DNA of 64,000 nucleotides from assembly GCA_964016885.1 (NCBI GenBank), contig OZ024740.1, positions 136,772,001 through 136,836,000 of the forward strand, read 5' to 3'. Origin of the DNA: Eledone cirrhosa (lineage: Eukaryota). The notes beneath the pieces were generated by a model that was given only the letters and a program-made list of their open reading frames with translations, had not been told where the DNA came from and made no database searches. The position numbers and the translations under genes are program-made. Shown piece by piece: positions 28,591 to 42,568 of this stretch (its first letter is position 1; each line of letters starts with the position of its first letter).

Positions 28591-29309
28591 TAAAGGGACA
28601 TAACTTTAATATATATATATATATATAATTAGCATGTGGAAGGAGGGGCGCAAACCTTTACATGCGGAGTTTCGATTTGCTCCCGCCAATTTTTGCTTAT
28701 ATAACAACGCACACATATATATATAAATTAATGATTTTTTAAATGAAACAATCTGAAGGTTTCAAATTATAGCTTTTTCTTCTTCTATTGAAATTTCATT
28801 AACATCGAAGACATTTCATAGGAACAAATCAATAAAAAAAAAAAATAGAGAAAAACAAACAAAAAATGAGAGAAGATATGCTCACTCAATTACACCCTAC
28901 AATCAAGAGTATTGATGTTATTCTAAAACTTTTTGATGTAATCCAAGACATTCACAGATTAGTCGCGGGTGATAGCGAGGCTAAGGCACTAGAATAGCCC
29001 AGTATTATTACGAGTATTGCCCGATACTTAAGTAGGGTAATTCATCAACAATGAGGAAAACATCAGTTACATAGCTCCACTCATTGTCTCGAATGGCTCA
29101 GGCTGAAAAATGTAGTTTACCGATAAATTTCAGGTTATTCCGTTCGGCTACGAATGCAGTGACCCCTCACCTGACGAATTTTAATCGATTTGTTTCTTTT
29201 GTAAATCATATTTATTATGTGAAGTGTGTGAATAAGCATGAGATGTTTTTTTGTTTTTTTTAATAATTAAAAGACGTATCTTTTACTTTTACAAATAAGG
29301 TAAATAATT

Positions 29310-29830
29310 GTTTCTACTTTTGGCACAAGGCCAGCAATTACCCAGTACATTACTGGTGCTTTATTTTATCGACCCCTTAAGGATGAAAGGCAAAGTTAAC
29401 CTCGGCGGGATTTGAGCCCAGACCGTAAAGGGTCGTAATTCTATGCTGCAAAGCATGGCATCCGACCTGCTACCGATACTACCAATCCACTAATGTTTCA
29501 TTATATACGAATGCTAAATCCCTTCTCTTGCTTGAGTGGCATTTCACTTTCTCGACTTCGATTTAAAAAAATAATTGCCCTTGACAGGATTTGAACTCAG
29601 AACATACAATGGATGTGCTAACGATTCAAATATAAAAATTGTATACATATTTTCACACTTAAAATATAAAAAGTACATAGGCGTAAATACACACTCATAC
29701 ATGCATTATGAAAGGCAAAGTTAACCCGCCGAGGTTAACTTTGCCTTTCATCCTTACGGGGTCGATAAAATAAAGTACCAGTAATGTACTGGGTATTTGC
29801 TGGCCTTGTGCCAAAAGTAGAAACAATTAT
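29310..29830. mobile_element. Two oppositely oriented Nin-SINE copies upstream of CAD
   Basis: Minus copy at ~29310-29490; plus copy at ~29725-29830 with an inverted 5' segment. Confidence 0.8.
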
Positions 29831-29912
29831 ATATACAAGGTGTATTAAAAAGAATCATATAATTTATATATATATATGTGTGTATGTGTGTGTGTGTAAA
29901 TTGGGTGCTTAC

Positions 29913-30010
<98 letters not shown>

Positions 30011-30429
30011 AAATATAAAACAACCAACTCTTAGTTTAATACATTTAATTGCTGACAATTGTTTCTTCTAGACGAATGTCTGGAATCATCGGAGCATACA
30101 CAATGTTTAAACAGGTAATCAAAATCCTAGTCCTCAGAACATTTATATAGATACATAACTATTGACAGTGTCAGTGACAACATATAGAAAATCAGGAGTT
30201 ACAAAAAGATGTTATGCTACAGAAATCACAGTATAAGGAGCAATGATGAAAAGTGAAATATTGAGCATATTATATATAAAGATATTCTTTAAGATAATAT
30301 ATGTGCAAAAGATACAAGCAAAAAAGTTGTAAGAGAGGATAGATAAAATATATCATAGCATTGAAAAGCAGGTAATGTTAAGGGTATATAATGCAAAAGT
30401 TAATAAAGTTAATAAAGGCATGCATGAGG

Positions 30430-31200
30430 TATATATATATATATAAAGTTGTAGTTCCTGTCTGTTTGTTTGTTCACGAACTCTTCCTATAGTTTTGGAG
30501 ATAGACCCCCATAACCATATATATTCTGAAACAACATTGCCCAGGATACTTGGATAAGTATATTTCATTTTAATCAAAGGGTTCTCCAGGAGCACAAACC
30601 CCCCGCTGAAAAATGTTTCCCTTCGATTTATATGAAATTTAAACCATAGGTAAATGACAAGATATGATGCCTATTCACAAAGTTTCAGCAAATTTCAATA
30701 ATATTAAGACACCCTCTATAGTGAACATTTTGGAAGCCCATAACTTAAGTATTGGAAACTCTATTATCACGGGGTTTTTTCTATTAATTGAACGTAAATC
30801 AACAAAAAAGAGCACCTCTCTTTTATAGTAAAAATTGGCTAATCTAGACGTTTTTTTTTTCAGACATCCCTTATGCCACGGAAAAGAAAATCCAGTTATG
30901 CAAATAATCCACATGCAAAAAGGATGAGGCTTCGTCGTCAATCTGAAAGCTGTGATGCAAGGGAAGAACGACTTTCTAGCCAAAGACAGAGGCAAACAGA
31001 GTCTCGGTAAAATGAAAGTAGTTATGCAAGGGAAGAACGACTTTCTAGCCAAAGACAGAGGCAAACAGAGTCTCGGTAAAATGAAAGCTTTGGTGAGCAT
31101 CAAGAAAGAGAGGAACAAGATAGATTTTGCCATATAGTTGCAAGAAGAAATGACTCTGAAGAAGAAAGACAACAGCGTTTGATTGCTGATGTGTAAAACG
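30430..31200 (+). mobile_element. Helitron 5' end and degenerate RepHel N-terminus
   Basis: TATATAAAG...ctgtctgtttgtttg start; ATG at 30872 gives MPRKRKS; R/Q/E-rich repeats (AREERLSSQRQRQTESR, 72-bp tandem duplication; EEERQQRL) typical of animal Helitron N-termini. Confidence 0.55.
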
Positions 31201-31204
31201 CAGC

Positions 31205-33535
31205 AAAGCAACTACAGGATCTCCTACTTCCTTTCAATGGTTATACGCCCCATAATCAAGATGTCCCTAGATGTATGTGACAGTACAGAGGACCTCCTCA
31301 GCAGAATCAGTGAGTGCAACAAAAACAAAAACCTATCCAACTGCCTAATAAGCAGTATGGACGTGGTATCACTATACCCATCCATTAACAATGATTTTGC
31401 TGTGGAAAAATGTGTGGAGATGATCAGTGAGAGTGAGGTGGAGTTCTGCGACGTCAACACAGACGAACTGGGCCTCCTACTTAGACTTACCTATGACACT
31501 GACTACCTAGACAGCCATGACCTTAGCCGTTTCTGCCCCAGTAGACCCATAAGAGGTAGACCCCTCACCATAACCTCAATGGCAAAAAAGACTCCCATGG
31601 GAAGGTGGATTGGGTGGACCAAAGCCATACGAACCCCCCAAAACAATGATCAGGTAAGAAAAATGGTCGCACATGCAATAGGGGCTAGTATTAAAACTAC
31701 CCTAAGGGCCACATATTCAAATTCAACAACAAGATCTACACCCAAAATGAGGGAGCAGCCATTGGCGTCAGCATAGCTGGTGACGTTGCCAACCTGTTTA
31801 TGGTATGGTGGGAAAGGAGACTCAAAGATCTCTTTGATGAGAACTCCATAGACCTCATCATGTACTCTCGTTACGGAGACGACATTAATATAGTAATAAG
31901 GACATCCTCACAAGAGAGTACTAACAAGTATGATTTAGAATGTAGCACAATGGAAAGCATCCAGCAGATAGCTAATGCCATACACCAGAGTATAACTGTA
32001 ACTATCGACTACCCTTCCAAACCCCCTAACAATAGACAACCTGTATTAGACACGGAAGTCTGGATTAAAACTATAGACGAGAGAGCCAAATTCTTCACTC
32101 ACACTACGCTAAACCTATGGCTTCCAAATACCTGATACTCAAAAATTCAGCAATGTCCAGTAGTGCTAAGTTTAATATTCTGATCGCAGACTTGGTACGA
32201 GTGATGAAGAACGTGTCACGCATGTGCGACCCAACAGAAATGGAAAGCACATCCAACACTTCATCAACCGCATGCAGTTCTCGGCTACAACCAAAGAGAC
32301 AGAATCAGAGTATACGAAGGAGCCACGGAGAAGTATAAGACCCTCATAGAACTGGACATGAAAGGAATTTGCCCATTATACAGGAGCAAATCATGTAATA
32401 GCTTAGATAGGAGTAAACATAAGATAGGGAAAGCCATCTCATGGTACGACAACCAGAGATACCAGAGTGTCATGTTCGTGGACGCTACCCCTGGAGGGAA
32501 ATTAGCTAACCAGTGTAGAAAGGCCCTGAGAAAGACCCACTTAAAGATTAAGGTGGTAGAAAAGCCAGGAACCACCATAAAATCCCTGATCAGCAAAACA
32601 CACCCTTTTAAGAAAACCCACTGTACTAATAGGAAATGTATTATATGTAAAGTAAACCCCCGGATAATCTGTAAAACTAGAAACGTAGTCTATAGCATAA
32701 GATGTATAGAGGATACTTGCAGAAACATGACAACAACATACATAGGCGAGACAGTTCGTAGCATAGGTGAAAGGATAGACCAACAGCGGAGGGAACTAAA
32801 AGGACGAAAAAATGGTTCAGTACAATACGAACACGCCAGACAACAGCATGACGGTAACATAGACAACATAGAAATTAAAATAATATCTAAACATAGAAAT
32901 GACCCAGCAGATAGGCAAATCAGAGAGGCCAGTGAAATAGAACTTAGAAGGCCAAAGTTAAACAGAAAAAATGAATGGAATAACAACACCCAAACAAACA
33001 ATACTGACCTAAGAGAAATATAAATAAATAAATAAATAAATATATACACAAGTACAATAACAACAAACACATATAAACACACACTAGTAAACTAAGATAG
33101 AATACAATAAACAAAACACTGTCACCCAAACGCGAACACACATCGAACACTATACACACATGCAAACGCATGCGCAGAGAAGAAGACAAAAATAAATAAA
33201 TAAATAAATAAATAAACAGATTAAATAAAGATAGCGTAGACATACAATACAACAGGAGGAAACATAATAGCACCACTGGCGATGCTGCAGATGTGCAACG
33301 AAAGAACTTTGTTTGTGTCTATATTTTATCTGTATTTTTAACCGTTGGTCAGTCAATGATAAACATTGAGGACCGAATAAATTAACTGATATAAAAGATA
33401 CAGAAGCGAAAACCAACCAAACAGTGAGTGTGTTCTGTTATGAATTCTGGCAATATTATTACAACAATATGACCCTCCCCAAGTATAACATTATTTGTTT
33501 CGACACACGATTTCATATAAAAAACCTCGCAAAAC
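31205..33535 (+). mobile_element. Penelope-like element A (5'-truncated; RT, GIY-YIG endonuclease, 3' pLTR)
   Basis: RPII, SMDVVSLYPSI, frameshifted YTQNEGAAIGVSIAGDVANLFM, YSRYGDDI; C..C..C then NVVYSIRC...YIGET.R, RQIREA and LNRKNEW. Confidence 0.92.
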
Positions 33536-33659
33536 TAATTCATCGCCGTTATCAAATCCCGCCGAGGTTAACTTTGCCTTTCATCCTTACGGGATCGATT
33601 AAATAAAGTACCAGTAATACACTGAAATAATTGCTGGCCTTGTGCCAAAAGTAGAAACA

Positions 33660-33661
<2 letters not shown>

Positions 33662-33741
<80 letters not shown>

Positions 33742-36541
33742 TTAAAAAATAATGCTTTCTTTATTAACCACAAGGGTTTACATAAAGTAGACATTAAGGA
33801 CAGTACAGGACAATACAGGGCGGTACAAATGGGCAGTTCTGCGTGTAAAAAACAAGAAACAGATGATGTAATAATAGAACAATGAAAACATTCCCCAATA
33901 GGGGGGAGACTTCCGAGGCACATTCGTGGAGAAAGCCCATTAAAAAGCCACAGTGACCCTGACCACCAGGGCAAGTGCCCTCTCCCAGTTTTCCACCTTT
34001 AATTTACAGACACATACTCAGAGTAGGCCCATTCACTCGGGCCATTCTTGCCTCTCTCACCCATCTTTCAACAAAATGCTGGGAAGAGAGCACTTCCCTT
34101 TCCACCCTGATTTTCCTTTTCAAATGAAATTTGAAAAAGTTAATCAGGGCATCACCGAAGAGGTAAGTGCTCGTCTTCAGCCCTTTCAAACGTGTCCACC
34201 ATACTATCTCTTTCGCCATGGACACCAGACAGATAAAAACTGCCTGCCCTTCCAGGCTAAAGGAAGAGGGCGGGGCAATCCTCACGATGGACTCAGCTGA
34301 TAGCCGGATCTGTCCCACACGCGACAGCAGGTGTTCGACATAAACCCACAAGTCAGCAATGCTCGGACACTGGACGAGTGCGTGCAGGACGGTTTCGTCG
34401 CCCTGCGCACATCTCGGACATGCCCGGCTGACGGCACCTCCATGCCTGTAGAGTTTATCCCGAACTGGCAAAGCTCCTCGGTAGCACTGCCAGGCCAGGG
34501 ATTTCTGGAAGTTGTCCATAGGCCCCGGCCCGAAAGTTCTTCCGAAGAGATTGGCTAGTTGATTTTCGTCGACGCCTAGAGTTTCCCCAAGTACGTCGTC
34601 GCTCTTCCCCTCCACTAATCCTCTATAGAACGCCAAGGTGGAGTTTCCACCGATCACATTTCCCGATTGGTCGAGGGCTGTGAGCGCCTGAAGACATTCC
34701 AGTCTCCAAGCACTCCCTCTCGGTCTTCGCTTGACCCAGGACTGCAGCTCCGTCAAGGAGACGAGCTGGGGAAAGACGCGTCTAGCAAACGGCGACCACA
34801 CCTGATCACCGTCGAGGAAGAGGTGGAGATGTCGTAGACTGAGCGCGTATCTGCGCATCATTAGCCACGGCATGCCCAGCCCTCCACGTAGCGGGTGTTG
34901 ACAGCAGATGGACCGCCTGACCATCGAAGCGCGTCCCTTCCACAAAAAGCGAAAGAGCAAACGCTCCAGCGCAGTCAGGCGGAGCTTAGGACAAGGTAAG
35001 ACGGTCAGGCGGTAGTAGATGACTGACGCGATGTACGCGTTGGCCACTCCGCTCGACCTTTCAGGGATAGCTTCCTCTCGGCCCATTTCTGGGTGAGAGA
35101 AGCCATCCTGCTCGTCACCTCGTCCCAGTTTTTGTCCGTCTGGAGGTCCGGACCGAACCAGACCCCGAGCAATTTAACTGGTCCGTCCGTCCAGCGCCCG
35201 ACGACGCTGTTGGACGGCATGGACCTGCCTCTCCAGGTGCCGAGCTGCAGGCCCACTGACTTTTCCTGGTTGATCATTGCTCCTGTCACCGCTTCGTATT
35301 CTCTTAGTGTAGTGCCGATCGCCTCGATGTGTTTGGCGTTGGACACCACTACGGTGACATCGTCCGCATATGCTGACACGGATCTTCCGCATCCTATTTC
35401 GCGCGGGACCCCCTCAACGTCTCCAGTTTGTGCAGTAATGGCTCGAGAGTCAATACGTACAAGAGGGACGAGAGGGGACATCCTTGGCGGACCGAGCGCA
35501 TGATGTTGAACGGTTCCGAAAGGTGACCGTTCACTCTCACCACAGAGCAGATGTTGCTGTGCATGGCAGCGATCCAGCCTCTGAAGACGGGCCCAAAGCC
35601 AGCCGCCCTCAGGACTGCCGCTAGGTAACGATGGTCGACCCTATCGAAAGCTTTCGACTGATCTAAATTGATCAAGGACCCACCCGTGCCAGGTTCCCTA
35701 GCTACCCTCTCTACGATGTATCGCATGAGGTGGAGGTTGTCGTGGATGGATCTGTCGGGAATGGCGCATGTCTGCACCTCTCCCACCAGACCACCAACGA
35801 CAAGCGCCAACCTCTTTGCTAGCACCTTGGCCAAAATCTTGAACTCTGTGTTTAGCAGAGTTATGGGCCGGAAATTATCTATGTTATCCCCCTTGTTCGG
35901 ATCCTTTCTCAGCAGCGCCACAACTCCTCGGCTCACAGAGCTGGGAATTCTCCCGTTCTGTTGCCAGTTGCAGTAGACGTCCGCCAAGAAGCCTCCGAAC
36001 AAGTTTGGCATCTGTACGTAAAGTTCATAGGGCAGACCATCCAAACCAGGCGATTTACCCCTTGTGCAGCTCGTCATTGCCTCCCGTACTTCAGCGGCTG
36101 TTGTCAGCTTTTCGCAACACTCCGCCTCAGTGGCCGAGAGCCGCTGCAGTCCGTCGAGGTAGACACTAAAGTCCATCCCTCGATCCGGCCCGCCGCTGCC
36201 CCCGAACAACTGAGCGAAGTGTCTCTGAAAAGCTTCACACATTTTCCCGGGATCGAGTAGCATGCGCCCGTCGTGGTCCACCAAAGACCGGATCGTGGCT
36301 TTGTTGCCACGACGCGCCTCCGCCACTCTGGCCCATTGAACAGCTTTCGTTCCCTCGTGTCTGAGAGCACGCACCCTAGCCCTGACAACGCATCCTTCGT
36401 GCTTTGCATTGAAGAATTGGTCAAGGGCCAATTTCGCCGCAAGTACGTCGGTCGCGATGCCTTTGCTAATCGCCTCGTCTAATTTTCTAACTAATTCTCC
36501 CTCTGCTCTATTTTTCTCTATTGCTGAAGCCTTACTAAACC
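33662..36541 (-). mobile_element. 5'-truncated L1/Tx1-clade LINE (RT and zf-RVT)
   Basis: KSPGLDGLPYE, FRPITLLN, DQSKAFDRVDH, VRQGCPLS, AYADDV and CPRC...ETVLHALVQC; frameshifts at ~35400 and ~35050; 3' end runs into (TTA)n(TA)n. Confidence 0.93.
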
Positions 36542-37330
36542 TATGTATGTTTTCTATTTTTTCTAGTGTTATTTTATAATTGATAACCCCTCCTTCTTAC
36601 TTTCTCTTTGATTTAATTATTTTATTCTCATATATTTTTTCATTTTTTCATTTTCATATTTTATATTTTTTATATATGGATCGTCCTTCAGCCTGACACT
36701 GCTTTGACTGATACACTCCCTTTCCTGTATATATCACTTGCGTGTATGTGGTTGCGCGTCTGTGTGTGTTTATACGCGTGCTTTCATACTTGTATGTGTA
36801 TATATTTCAATCCTTAGTCCCTGAGTCTGTATGTAAGTTAACTCTATTATCTTACAATTTCTTTTTTCAACATATATTACATACGTATTTGTGGTCACAC
36901 ATACACTGATATGCTTGCCTTCATGTATGTACTTACGCACACATTTTTTTCACTATACACATGCATTTGTACATACACATATATATATGTACATTTGTAG
37001 GTGCATATACACACATTTATACACATACCCTTACTATATTTCCTTATTTTATTTTTATATATCTCTTGCATTACTTTTATTTATATATTTTTTTGCCCGT
37101 TAAACTTTTCCCTTTCTTGAGGAGATTTTTCAAATATTTCATTGCTTTAAATTGCCTTGTCTGACGAACGAATGAGAACGTTTCTTGTATTCGTCTTATT
37201 CGGAAAACCTCTGGTAATGAGGTAATTATATTGTATTGTTTATTATACATTAAATTTAGCTCTGTAACTTACATAGAGCACTCTTCACTCCTATGACTTT
37301 TTCAATTTTCAACGGAAACTTCAATACTTA
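36542..37330 (+). mobile_element. Probable PLE 3' UTR/pLTR fragment B
   Basis: T-rich segment ending at (TA)n that contains a hammerhead-like fold at 37150-37227. Confidence 0.5.
37150..37227 (+). ncRNA. Type I hammerhead-ribozyme-like motif with variant core
   Basis: Stem I aattgccttgt / atgaggtaatt (11 bp including GU pairs); CTGACGA; stem II cgaatgaga / tcttattcg; GAAA(A); stem III acc / ggt; GUA site at 37216. Confidence 0.65.
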
Positions 37331-37340
37331 TATATATATA

Positions 37341-39630
37341 CGCTACAACATCACATACGGACTATTTCCGTATTTAACATCTTACGGAAACAGAAGAAGA
37401 TAGCCCCAAACCTCTCCAGGACACAACAACTCGCCCTGAAGAACCTACGGAATAGGGAACTTATATACTTACCATCCGACAAAGGTAAAGAGTTTTGCGT
37501 CATCTCTCAAGCCCCATACAATTGAACACCTAAGCGACAATGAATTATACACAGAGATCCCGGACATGACTGCAGCCCAGATCGAAAAACAGACCAACTC
37601 CATTTGGTTCGATATCTGTAGGAGAAGACAACTCCCAAATAAAGTTAAGCTCAACTACACCACTAGAAATAGCAGACTGCCCACTTTCTACCACCTCATC
37701 AAGACCCACAAGAATAGTACTAAGACGCAAATAAGACCCATCGTCTCTAGCATATTTCCTGGCTCCTCTCCCAGGTCCTCAAGCTTCTACTCTCCACCTT
37801 TCCCGGGCATGTCAGTAGCTCCGAAAAAGTTATACGTAGACTACACCAACTCCAGCCAGAACAACTTAAACTAAATAAATACGCTTTTAGCCTAGACGTT
37901 GTATCCCTCTACACTACAGTCACCGCTCATCCAGCTGTCGATTTATTGACGGACTGCGTGGTCGCAGAGGACATCCACTGCTACGGCCTCCACCCGACGG
38001 ACATACACCAGCTTTTGTCCTTCACAGTAGACAGCACGTACTTCACCTTCCACCACCACACATACAGACAGACAACAGGATTACCCATGGGATCCAGCCT
38101 ATCGGGCCTGCTGGCCATCACCTACATGAACCAGCTAGAATGTCGAGCCCTCAACACCTGCCACTCCCATGCCTTCTTCACCCGATATGTAGATGACATA
38201 CTCATCCTTACATCATCCCGTGAGGAGGCAGATAAAATATACACAACATTCTCCAGCATGGACGCCAGTATAAAGTTCAGCATGGAACACCCCGATGACC
38301 GCGGATCCCTATCCCTACTGGACTTCCAACTCAGGGTAACAGAGGAAGGCAACATCCACACCTGCTTCTATAAAAAAGCCGCCAGCAGGGACCTGTTCGT
38401 ACATTTCAGATCGGCCCTCCCACTCGGTGCCAAGTTCGGATACATAAAGAACGAACTGGCACGTATCCGGAACAAATGCACCGACGCTAGAGACCGAGAC
38501 ACACGCACCACACATTTCCTGGAAGTACTCAAACTGAACGGATACACGACATCCACCACAAACCGTGCCAGAAAGAACAGAGGACACCACACCCGAGGCA
38601 CTAACACTTGCTTCCTGAAGCTCCCACACTTCAGTGAATAAACAACAAGAGCCATCCGCAGAACCATCAGACGAGAGGGACTAGATATCCAACTGGCCCA
38701 CTCAGGTCCTTCTCTACGCGGACAGCTAACCAAAAGACACTCCACCAGACATGACAACTGCTGCAGACTAGCCAACTGCCCCATCAACAACACAGACCTA
38801 TGCCACCAGGCTTACGTTGTATACAGACTAGAGTGTGACAAATGCAACAACTTCTACGTAGGTAGCACCACCAGACCACTCCACATAAGAATAAAAGAAC
38901 ACCTCAATACTAACGCTTCCTCATTTAAGAAACACCTAGTTAAATGCAAAAACACCGACAAAACCATAACAGTTAGGATAGAAACTAAGGAAAGAAACCT
39001 CGGCAATCTTAGAATTAAGGAATCACTAATTATAGATAAAACACAACCACCAATCAATAATAGACTAGAACTCAGCACCCAATTTATAACCTGATAGGGC
39101 TTCTAGCCCCATAGTTACACCCCCCCCCCCACACACGCTTACACCTCCACTTATTCTCTCTCACACATACACACACAAAACCAGTTCTAACACCAGATAA
39201 CACCTATCTCCCACATTTACGAATAGACTTATCTTCTCACACTCACACACACACACTCACATACTTACACCTTCATGCATTCTCCCACACACTTAAACAG
39301 GCATGTATATAAAAAAAACAACAAAAAAAACCCTAAACAAACCCCTTTTAAAGGGAGACTACTCTTTATCCACCTAATTTTAACTCTTTGACATTAGAGA
39401 TAGAACAGATACTCTATACTATTTCCTATGAGAATGGCTTGGTAAGATATTTAGAACGCTGGTTTGAGACCTTTATTTCCCTCTGAAGAAGAGATATTAT
39501 CTCGAAAATTAAGGACATTTAAATAAATCTAAGGTAAAAGACGATTTGTCAACAAATACCTTTTGCAATTGCATTCTTTTTTCTATGTCCATACCTGCAT
39601 TATTTTGGCTTTATTATACATATTCAAACG
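37341..39630 (+). mobile_element. Penelope-like element C (RT, GIY-YIG, 3' pLTR)
   Basis: LPTFYHLIKTHK...IRPIVS, SLDVVSLYT, YRQTTGLPMGSSLS, RYVDDI and VVYRLEC..C..FYVGSTTRPLHIRIKEH; bounded by (TA)n on both sides. Confidence 0.93.
39480..39514 (+). ncRNA. Minimal hammerhead-like motif in the PLE C 3' region
   Basis: cct CTGAAGA a gagata t tatctc GAAA ATTA agg: complete core, 6-bp stem II, palindromic AATT stem III, short stem I. Confidence 0.6.
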
Positions 39631-39649
39631 TTTATATATATATATATAT

Positions 39650-41005
39650 AAATATATAGTGAAAGAGTGAAGAATAACATGGTGATCGGCTGTACAAAAA
39701 GGGTTTTATTTACAGCATTAACAATTGTTTCATTGATCAAGTGGGTCTAAAGGCCCCTGGTCACTCGAAATTGCGTCACTCAACCTTAAATACAGTGTGT
39801 GTCTCTGATCAAATCATCGGAATACTGGAGGGTGTAACACATAGCACTGGTATTTATAGATACATCGGAGAATCAAGTGAATGAAAACAATAACACCAAT
39901 AATAAAAGATAATTAATAAAAAGTATAAAAAGATAAGAATAATAAAAAAGTAAAAAATACGGTTACTGATAATAGTAGTAGTGGTGGTGGTAGTTGAAGC
40001 TCTATAATGATAGGCGAAATGATGTTGAGTGGACGTCGTGCTCATATAGTGTATTGAGTTCATGAATTGGCGAAATAAAAATGCAAAAAATACAAAAAAA
40101 TATTAGAGGATTAAAATAAAAAATAAAAAGTAAGAGAGAAAGAGATAAAGAACAGGAGATAGAGAATAAAGAATAAGGATTCGAGGATGAGACATAAAGG
40201 ATAGGACTAAGGATCGGGGGACAGTAAGTAGATAAATAGAGAATAAAAAGTGAAAGGGACAGGAATGATATATGGGTGATTAAGGTCTGGTAGATTGATT
40301 GTTTTATGTTAATGGAGGTGATGCGACTAGAGAGAGAAAGGGAAAGAAAGGTTGGGGGATTCATCATGTAGATTTAATGACCAGTTGGTCAGTTGACAGC
40401 TAATAACAGTGGAGTGGTGTGAAGTTAGTACACTTAAATCCGGGTGGTTCTGACTGAATACCGAGATTGCTGGATCGAATCATGCCGGTAGCTGTTTGAA
40501 GCTGGAGAATTTGGTGGCTGCTTTGTGCCTACAGAATATTGTTCGCTCTATCTTGTTGTTAAGCAGCATTTTGTTATATTTTAAAATATGGAGCAGCTCC
40601 ATATTGCATAGTCCGCAGTGGGACATTCCAGCTTCGACCAGTTAATCTCATATTCCTGGTTGATGTCCTTAAGCTGCCAGATCTTATTGGCCAGCGTCGT
40701 TGTATTCCCAAGTTTACGGGGTTTTTTTATAGAATGTCTATGCACATACCATCTTTTTTTGAAATCTCCAGCTGTAGAACCTATGTAGTGCCAAGCTAGG
40801 TTGCCAGATTTGATAGTACACAGGTATACTATATTTGATTCTAGGCATCTATTCTGCAGTGGGCATTATCCGTAGGTGGCAGTTACATTTGGAGGCCTTC
40901 CTGTGTGCAGGTTCCCCGTTGCAGTTCTGCATGTTGTTAGGGCTGGAATTTAGGTTTATTTGTGTTGTGTTGCGATATGGGTGGCTGTGATGCTGTTATG
41001 TGTTT
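39650..41005 (-). mobile_element. Penelope-like element D (GIY-YIG remnant and 3' region)
   Basis: Minus strand ~40865-40520 reads CPLQNRCLESNIVYLCTIKSGNLAWHYIGSTAGDFKKRWYVH ... CGLCNMELLHI...LLNNKIERTIFCRHK; flanked by (TA)n. Confidence 0.85.
39713..39827 (-). ncRNA. Type I hammerhead-like motif with a long stem-II insertion (core U4C variant)
   Basis: Minus strand: cagtatt CCGATGA tttgatca...tgatcaat GAAAC aatt GTT aatgctg; 7-bp stem I, palindromic stem III, GUU site. Confidence 0.65.
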
Positions 41006-41022
41006 GCGTTTTGTATTTGGTG

Positions 41023-41103
<81 letters not shown>

Positions 41104-41144
41104 CGCACATACATAAATGTACCTATCCAAACGGTAAAAACTTA

Positions 41145-42001
<857 letters not shown>

Positions 42002-42009
42002 GAACTAGC

Positions 42010-42560
42010 CTATAGATATAGAAAGGCTCTAGACAAACTAAAATTAGATATTAAGATAGTTGAAAAACCATGTATTCCCATAAAAGCCCTAATTAGTAGA
42101 CCATATCCTTTTGAAAAAACAAAAAAAAAACAAAAAACAACCCTTCGCTGATAGGAAATATATAATCTGCAAATTAAACCGACAAATTAATTGCAAAACT
42201 AGGAACGTAGTATATAGCATAAGATGTACGGAGGGTCAGTGTAAGTTTAGGAACACAAGTTACATAGATGAGACGGCCAAGAGCATAGGAGAAATGATAA
42301 ATGAACATTGGCGAGAACTCCAAGATGAGAAGAACTCATAAGTACTCCACCAATATGTCAAAATAGAACATGGGGGGGGGGGGGGAGGGGGGGGGGCACA
42401 CTAGAGAACATAGAAATAAAATTCCTATCCACACACAGAAAAGACGCAATGCTCCGACAGATTACAGAAACGGCAAATAACTCCAACTAAAATGAAATAG
42501 AAAACATGAATGGAATAACAACATCACAATTAGTATCTAAGGACAAGATAAAGACATACC
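42010..42560 (+). mobile_element. PLE endonuclease remnant F (same family as A)
   Basis: CKTRNVVYSIRC...SYIDETAKSIGE aligns with 32670-32800. Confidence 0.85.
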
Positions 42561-42568
42561 GAGACACA

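Noticed and set aside
31183-31776. Helitron-PLE fusion protein
   Set aside because: The junction is most simply a 5'-truncated PLE inserted into a dead Helitron; the upstream part has stops and the RT has frameshifts and a YGDD motif.
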